This document shows positions 59,249 to 64,000 of a DNA stretch of 64,000 nucleotides, one piece after another; within the stretch, counting starts at the first letter, position 1; every line of letters starts with the position of its first letter. The position numbers were made by a program, and so were the translations under genes. The notes below the pieces were generated by a model, which had not been told where the DNA came from, did no database searches, and worked only from the letters and a program-made list of their open reading frames with translations. Source of the stretch: Candidatus Methanoxibalbensis ujae (lineage in GTDB: Archaea > Halobacteriota > Syntropharchaeia > Alkanophagales > Methanospirareceae); contig JAOQIN010000002.1 in assembly GCA_026134085.1 (NCBI GenBank), positions 73,390-137,389 of the forward strand, read 5' to 3'.

Positions 59249-59995
59249 TCACAGATCAGCGATAATAAGGACCATATCCGCATTTTCACATGCGGACTTA
59301 AGCCTGAGTTTCTCCCTGTCGCAGAGAACTGGCCAGCCGAGAACGGGCCAGAGAACGGAATCAATGTGAAGCGGCGGAATGCAGACTTCTTCCGAGATTC
59401 TCCTCCAGAATTTTATCGGATTCTCATCTGTGAATTTTTTTGTATAACGCTCGATTCTGGAATCTCTGGGAATATCTATTTCCATTGGATATGGAACAAA
59501 TTTATGAGAAACAATTCTCATTGCGTATCCGAACATTTTAACGGCGAAAACTATTGTTTTTGCATCTTTTCTTGCTGTGAGAGCGCGTGCAAGGTCGTTC
59601 CTGAACTTCACCATGTTCTCATAATATGCGTCAAATTCTTCTGTTCTGATGAAAGAGACAAGCTTTTCCAATCGCCTGAGCTTCGCGGGAATGAGCCTTC
59701 GGTTCGTTCTTGAAGCGGGCAAAAAGTGAGTATAAGCATCCAAAATATCCTCAGGAGGGTTCCGTGAGAAATATCGCGAAAATTCACACCACCACCGCTC
59801 TCCGCTGCCTGAAAGCTGATAGCTGACAACAGCGTTGGCGATCACAAGTTTTATGAAGAGATCATCATCGGCAATATTTTTGTGAAGTCTCTCAAGGGCG
59901 GAAAACTGAATGTCAACTCTCTCTTCAATGCCCCTCGCACATTCTATGCCAAGCTCCCCGAGAATTGTTTTGAGCACATGAATTCTGTCTTCCAT
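59249..59995 (-). CDS. archaeal 8-oxoguanine DNA glycosylase/lyase (AGOG-like)
   Basis: MEDRIHVLKTILGELG .. LVIANAVVSYQLSGSGERWW .. PLHIDSVLW, colinear with the AGOG family as I recall it. ATG taken at 59995; the upstream Cys/Trp-rich 37 codons look non-coding. Confidence 0.7.
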   Translation of the reverse strand: MEDRIHVLKTILGELGIECARGIEERVDIQFSALERLHKNIADDDLFIKLVIANAVVSYQLSGSGERWWCEFSRYFSRNPPEDILDAYTHFLPASRTNRRLIPAKLRRLEKLVSFIRTEEFDAYYENMVKFRNDLARALTARKDAKTIVFAVKMFGYAMRIVSHKFVPYPMEIDIPRDSRIERYTKKFTDENPIKFWRRISEEVCIPPLHIDSVLWPVLGWPVLCDREKLRLKSACENADMVLIIADL

Positions 59996-60214
59996 ACGCC
60001 AACCTCCCCTCGCCACATCCTCCAGCCATCCTCCAGCGCCTGCCACGCGCTGCCACAGACACACGCTGCCACAACAATGCCACAGGCAGCACATCATGAA
60101 TTTCATGAATTGATTGCGATCTGATTGCGATCCGATTTCCTATTTGGAGCAAGAGGCGCAGGAAAAAAAAGAACGATCCTCTCCGGCGGGCTTCCTCAAC
60201 TTTTTCAACTTTTT

Positions 60215-60970
60215 TCAACTTTTTTCAATGATTTTATCAAGCACATAAATTTCGCTGCCGTCTTTTGAATATATTCTCCTCACCTGTATGCGCTTCTTGT
60301 TCGGATCATCTGTATCTTTCACCTCAATCAGATTAAAAGAGGGAAGGATGCGATATTTCAGACGATTTGTGCAGGCAGTTCCGGCATTCAGGACGATCAT
60401 GTTGTTCAGCACCCACACCCATGACACATGCTTGTGCCCGCACAACACCAGATTGACATTACAGTCGTTCAAAAGTTTGAGGACATCTCCGGCATCGGTG
60501 AGTATGTTTCTTTCCCTTCCCGTGTAAGGAACGGGGAGCAGATGATGATGCAGTGCGAATATTTTGAGGTCGTCGCCGGCATTTTGAAGGCTTTTCCTTA
60601 TCCAATCGTATTTATCCCTGCCTATGTGACCCTCGTCAAGGTCTGGCTGCGTTGAATCAACTGCGACAACTGTAACTCCCTTATGATTGAGCACACTTGA
60701 GCGCGCGCCGAATATGTCCTCAAAGTACAGATAGCCGACATTGCGCGCATCATGATTGCCCGGAACAACAACACGTCGCTCGCATTCAAACCGCTCAATG
60801 AACGCCTTCGCGTCCTCAAACTCATATAAATATCCGCTGTCCGTGAGGTCACCTGTCAAAACGAGTATTTCAGGTTTCAACGAATTCACACGCTCTATCA
60901 CACGCTCCATCAGCTCACGAATGAAATGCCGCTCAGCAACATGTATGTCCGAAATGTGCACAATCCTCAT
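60215..60970 (-). CDS. calcineurin-like metallophosphoesterase
   Basis: MRIVHISDIHV, TGDLTD, PGNHD, ALHHHL, CGHKH. Confidence 0.85.
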   Translation of the reverse strand: MRIVHISDIHVAERHFIRELMERVIERVNSLKPEILVLTGDLTDSGYLYEFEDAKAFIERFECERRVVVPGNHDARNVGYLYFEDIFGARSSVLNHKGVTVVAVDSTQPDLDEGHIGRDKYDWIRKSLQNAGDDLKIFALHHHLLPVPYTGRERNILTDAGDVLKLLNDCNVNLVLCGHKHVSWVWVLNNMIVLNAGTACTNRLKYRILPSFNLIEVKDTDDPNKKRIQVRRIYSKDGSEIYVLDKIIEKS

Positions 60971-61141
60971 CGCAGTGCACCCCTTCACTCACGCCTTGCA
61001 CAGGTGTCGTCTTAATCCTGACTCTGCCCCGATGTCGGGAAGTCCCATCGTCCTTCTTTCATTCGCTGCGTTCCTCAGGGAATGGTCTCATGCTTCTTTT
61101 ACCATCTGATTACCTGATATAACCATTCTCCGCATGATGAG

Positions 61142-61173
61142 GAGCAGATAAAAAGAAGAGCGGATAAAAAGAA
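61142..61173. repeat. 16-nt x2 tandem duplication (1 mismatch) downstream of hdrA
   Basis: gagcagataaaaagaa / gagcggataaaaagaa. Confidence 0.85.
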
Positions 61174-61183
61174 GGAGAAGGGG

Positions 61184-63280
61184 TTATGAGGTATATATCT
61201 CTATCTGTGAGTATATATGTTTATCTCTGAAGTGTCTCACAGATGCTGCGCCTGATGGACACATTCCCACGCAGCAACCGCATCCTTTGCATATGGCTTC
61301 GTTGACGCGTGTGATTTTTCTGTGCTCATCATATTCTATTGCGCCGAATGGGCATACTCTCTCGCAGCAGCGGCATCCGACGCACATATCCTCGCTGACT
61401 TCTGAAGTTGCGGGCTCTATTTCAGCGACACCTTTCACGAGATATGCGAGCGCAGCCGAAGCAGCCGCACGACCTTGCGCAACTGTGTCTGTTATGTCTT
61501 TCGGTCCCTGACAGCATCCAGCGACGAATATGCCATCTATCGCTGTGTCAACGGGTCTGAGCTTTGGATGCGCCTCAAGCAGGAATCCATCAGCTGATTT
61601 TGAGAGTTTGAGCATTCCTATCACATCTTCAGCCGCGTCACTGGGTCTCAGGCCAACTCCGAGGACAACGAGATCTGCCTCTATCTCAAATGTCTCAGCA
61701 AGCATCGTGTCCTCAAACCTGACAACAACCCTCTCACTTCCCGGCTTCTGATATATCTCCCCCGGTATGCCTCGCCGATATACCACGCCCTCTTTCATCA
61801 CTTCATCCCAGAACTCCTCAAATCCCTTTCCAAAAGCACGGACATCCTGATAGAGCACCGTGACATTCGCATCCGGGATCTGCTCCTTCACGAAATGTGC
61901 CTGTTTGCATAAATACATGCAGCAGACACGACTGCAATAGGGATATCCTGTCTGCTTGTTGCGTGAACCTACACAGCTTATGAAAACTATATCCTTGGGC
62001 TCTTTACCATTTATAACTATTTTTCCACCTGTTGGGCCTGATGCGCTGCTCAATCTCTCAAACTCAAGACCCGTGATTATGTTGGGATATTCACCATAAT
62101 GATACTCGGGCAGCAGACGGGGATCTATGATGTCATATCCCGTTGCAACGATTATCGTGCCCACTTTGAACGATATTTCCTGCTCCTTCTGCGAGAAATC
62201 AATCGCATCTTCAGGACATGCGCTCATGCACGGCGTCTTCGCCTTTCCTTCAAGGACATCCTCAAGAGATGCTTCACATTTTCCTTTGAGAAGTGCGCAG
62301 TTCTCCTCATCCACAACATAAACAGGCGGAACAGCGAAATGGAATGGCAGATATATCGCCTTGCGATTGCTCAGTTTTTCGTCATATTCGTTCGGAACTT
62401 CAACAGGGCATACTTTCTCGCATTCACCACAACCTGTGCATTTTCGCTCATCAACATAACGCGGCTTCTTCTTCGCTTTGACCTCATAGTTTCCGATGAA
62501 TCCTCCTATGTCCACGAGTTCGGTGTTCGTTAGCAATACGACATTCGGATGTGCTCCCACCTCTATCATACGAGGCGCCAGAAATGTGGAAACGCTCTTC
62601 ATTATCGGAAATGTCTTGCTGAGCTGCGCTGCATGACCTCCTATGGACGGCTTCTTCTCAACAAGATAAACCTTGAATCCCGCATCCGCGATGTCAAGAG
62701 CAGATTGAATGCCTGCTACACCCCCTCCTATGACAAGCGCAGCCGGCTCAACACTCACAGATTTCTCCTCAAGCGCCTCATTGAGCGACACCCTCGCAAC
62801 AGCAGCCTTGACTATCTCCTTTGCCTTCTCAGTCGCTTCTTCCCTGTAATCAACATGCGGCCACGAGCAGTGCTCTCTTATGTTGGCTTGCTCGAAGAAA
62901 TATGGGTTCAGGTTGTTGTCAGCGCAGACCTTGCGGAAAGTCAGCTCGTGCATCCTCGGAGAACATGCTGCAACAATCACACGATTTATGCGACCTGCCT
63001 TAAGGTCTTCCGCAATGAGCGCCTGTCCCGGATCAGAGCACATGTAAATGTAGTTTCTCGCAAGAACCACATTAGGAAGCGTTTTCGCATAATCCCTGAC
63101 AGCTTCCACATCCACAGATAGCGCAATGTTTATACCGCAATGACACACATACACGCCTATACGGGGCTCATCAGCCTCTGTGGGTTCCTCCTCTGATTCT
63201 TCAGATTCTCCTCTCGCTTCTTCCTCAGATGCTTTCGATGCTTTCACACCCTCTTCCTCTTCCTTCATCTCTTCCCCCAC
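61184..63280 (-). CDS. hdrA: heterodisulfide reductase subunit A (HdrA) with acidic N-terminal extension
   Basis: VYVCHCG, FAD motif VIGGGVAGI, CTGCGECEKVCP, ISCVGSRN..YCSRVCCMY, and the C-terminal CVGCRCCERVCP / CKGCGCCVGMCP. Confidence 0.92.
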   Translation of the reverse strand: MGEEMKEEEEGVKASKASEEEARGESEESEEEPTEADEPRIGVYVCHCGINIALSVDVEAVRDYAKTLPNVVLARNYIYMCSDPGQALIAEDLKAGRINRVIVAACSPRMHELTFRKVCADNNLNPYFFEQANIREHCSWPHVDYREEATEKAKEIVKAAVARVSLNEALEEKSVSVEPAALVIGGGVAGIQSALDIADAGFKVYLVEKKPSIGGHAAQLSKTFPIMKSVSTFLAPRMIEVGAHPNVVLLTNTELVDIGGFIGNYEVKAKKKPRYVDERKCTGCGECEKVCPVEVPNEYDEKLSNRKAIYLPFHFAVPPVYVVDEENCALLKGKCEASLEDVLEGKAKTPCMSACPEDAIDFSQKEQEISFKVGTIIVATGYDIIDPRLLPEYHYGEYPNIITGLEFERLSSASGPTGGKIVINGKEPKDIVFISCVGSRNKQTGYPYCSRVCCMYLCKQAHFVKEQIPDANVTVLYQDVRAFGKGFEEFWDEVMKEGVVYRRGIPGEIYQKPGSERVVVRFEDTMLAETFEIEADLVVLGVGLRPSDAAEDVIGMLKLSKSADGFLLEAHPKLRPVDTAIDGIFVAGCCQGPKDITDTVAQGRAAASAALAYLVKGVAEIEPATSEVSEDMCVGCRCCERVCPFGAIEYDEHRKITRVNEAICKGCGCCVGMCPSGAASVRHFRDKHIYSQIEIYTS
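61636..61776. repeat. 141-nt block identical to 63623-63763 (hdrA paralog identity island)
   Basis: Base-by-base comparison shows identity: cgtcactgggtctcaggcc ... ggtatgcctcgcc. A second island, 61913-61982 versus 63900-63969, has 1 mismatch. Confidence 0.95.
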
Positions 63281-63299
63281 TCACCTCCATCATTTTTCA

Positions 63300-64000
63300 T
63301 CATTTTTTGCTGCTTCCACCTGCAGCTGCGATCTCCTTGACGGCTGTGCTGAGGGATTTCGACTCCACGAGCGGTGCCTCATCAATCTCAACAACACGCG
63401 GTTTGACCTTCACCTTCTTCCTTGCAAGATATACGAGCGCTGCTGATGCTGCTGCCTTCCCCTGCTGAACGCTGTCAGGAATGTCCTTTGGACCCTGCGC
63501 GCATCCCGCGATGAAAACTCCGGGAATCTCAGTTTCAATAGGCATCGTCTTCGGATGCTTCTCTGCGAAGAACTCATCTGAAGATGTCTTGAGGTTGAGA
63601 ACTTCCAATATCTGTCTTGTCCCGTCACTGGGTCTCAGGCCAACTCCGAGGACAACGAGATCTGCCTCTATCTCAAATGTCTCAGCAAGCATCGTGTCCT
63701 CAAACCTGACAACAACCCTCTCACTTCCCGGCTTCTGATATATCTCCCCCGGTATGCCTCGCCTGTATGAGATGCCCTCCGACTGAACCCTGTCATAGAA
63801 TTCCTCGTATCCCTTTCCAAAAGCACGGACATCCTGATAGAGAATTGTTATGTTTACACCATGCGTTTTCTCATGAAGCAGATGAGCATGCTTCGCAAGA
63901 TACATGCAGCAGACACGACTGCAATAGGGATATCCCGTCTGCTTGTTGCGTGAACCTACACAGCTTATAAACACAGCATCCTTGGGCTCTTTACCATTTA
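63300..64000 (-). CDS. HdrA-like flavoprotein paralog (5'-truncated by the window edge; lacks the C-terminal ferredoxin domain)
   Basis: The reading frame continues to the window end (..NGKEPKDAVFISCVGSRNKQTGYPYCSRVCCMY..). It ends in an Ala/Lys tail instead of the 2x CxxCxxCxxxCP of the neighbouring hdrA. Confidence 0.85.
   Translation of the reverse strand, partial: NGKEPKDAVFISCVGSRNKQTGYPYCSRVCCMYLAKHAHLLHEKTHGVNITILYQDVRAFGKGYEEFYDRVQSEGISYRRGIPGEIYQKPGSERVVVRFEDTMLAETFEIEADLVVLGVGLRPSDGTRQILEVLNLKTSSDEFFAEKHPKTMPIETEIPGVFIAGCAQGPKDIPDSVQQGKAAASAALVYLARKKVKVKPRVVEIDEAPLVESKSLSTAVKEIAAAGGSSKK
63623..63763. repeat. 141-nt block identical to 61636-61776
   Basis: See the partner entry. The flanks drop to about 55-60 percent amino-acid identity by eye. 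Confidence 0.95.

Noticed and set aside
61636-63763. The hdrA identity island as a diversity-generating retroelement template/variable repeat pair.
   Set aside because: The two copies are identical, with no adenine-specific mismatches, and no reverse transcriptase is nearby. Gene conversion between paralogs explains it.

Overview
This window looks like a chromosomal segment of a euryarchaeon with H4MPT / Wood-Ljungdahl-type C1 metabolism (cdhC-cdhD, ftr, two adjacent hdrA paralogs, glyA). It also carries tRNA-dependent cysteine synthesis (SepCysS) and gluconeogenesis genes (GTP-PEPCK, FBP aldolase/phosphatase). Core information-processing genes are present: rps13-rps4-rps11-rpoD, an intron-containing tRNA-Ser, gyrB, valS, rtcB, tfb and prefoldin beta. 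I call about 60 protein genes and one tRNA; I found no rRNA and no CRISPR array. A lineage guess (ANME-1 / Syntropharchaeia / Methanomicrobia-like) is inference only. The most striking signal is dozens of perfect or near-perfect head-to-tail duplications of 8-24-nt units. They occur in many of the intergenic regions, across several stop codons, and in frame inside housekeeping genes. Other unusual content: (1) a decayed IS200/IS605-type tnpB; (2) two AT-rich stretches without intact genes (20.5-22.4 kb and 36.2-37.7 kb); (3) an AT-richer, tightly packed four-gene orphan operon (26.3-27.8 kb) next to a decayed paralog of an Mth938-like gene; (4) an inverted partial copy of the fbp-dys junction 7.7 kb from the original; (5) a 141-nt perfect identity island between the two otherwise diverged hdrA paralogs; (6) a SepCysS gene translationally coupled to an unknown 381-aa protein. 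All calls rest on reading the ORF translations and the nucleotide sequence by eye; no database search was run.
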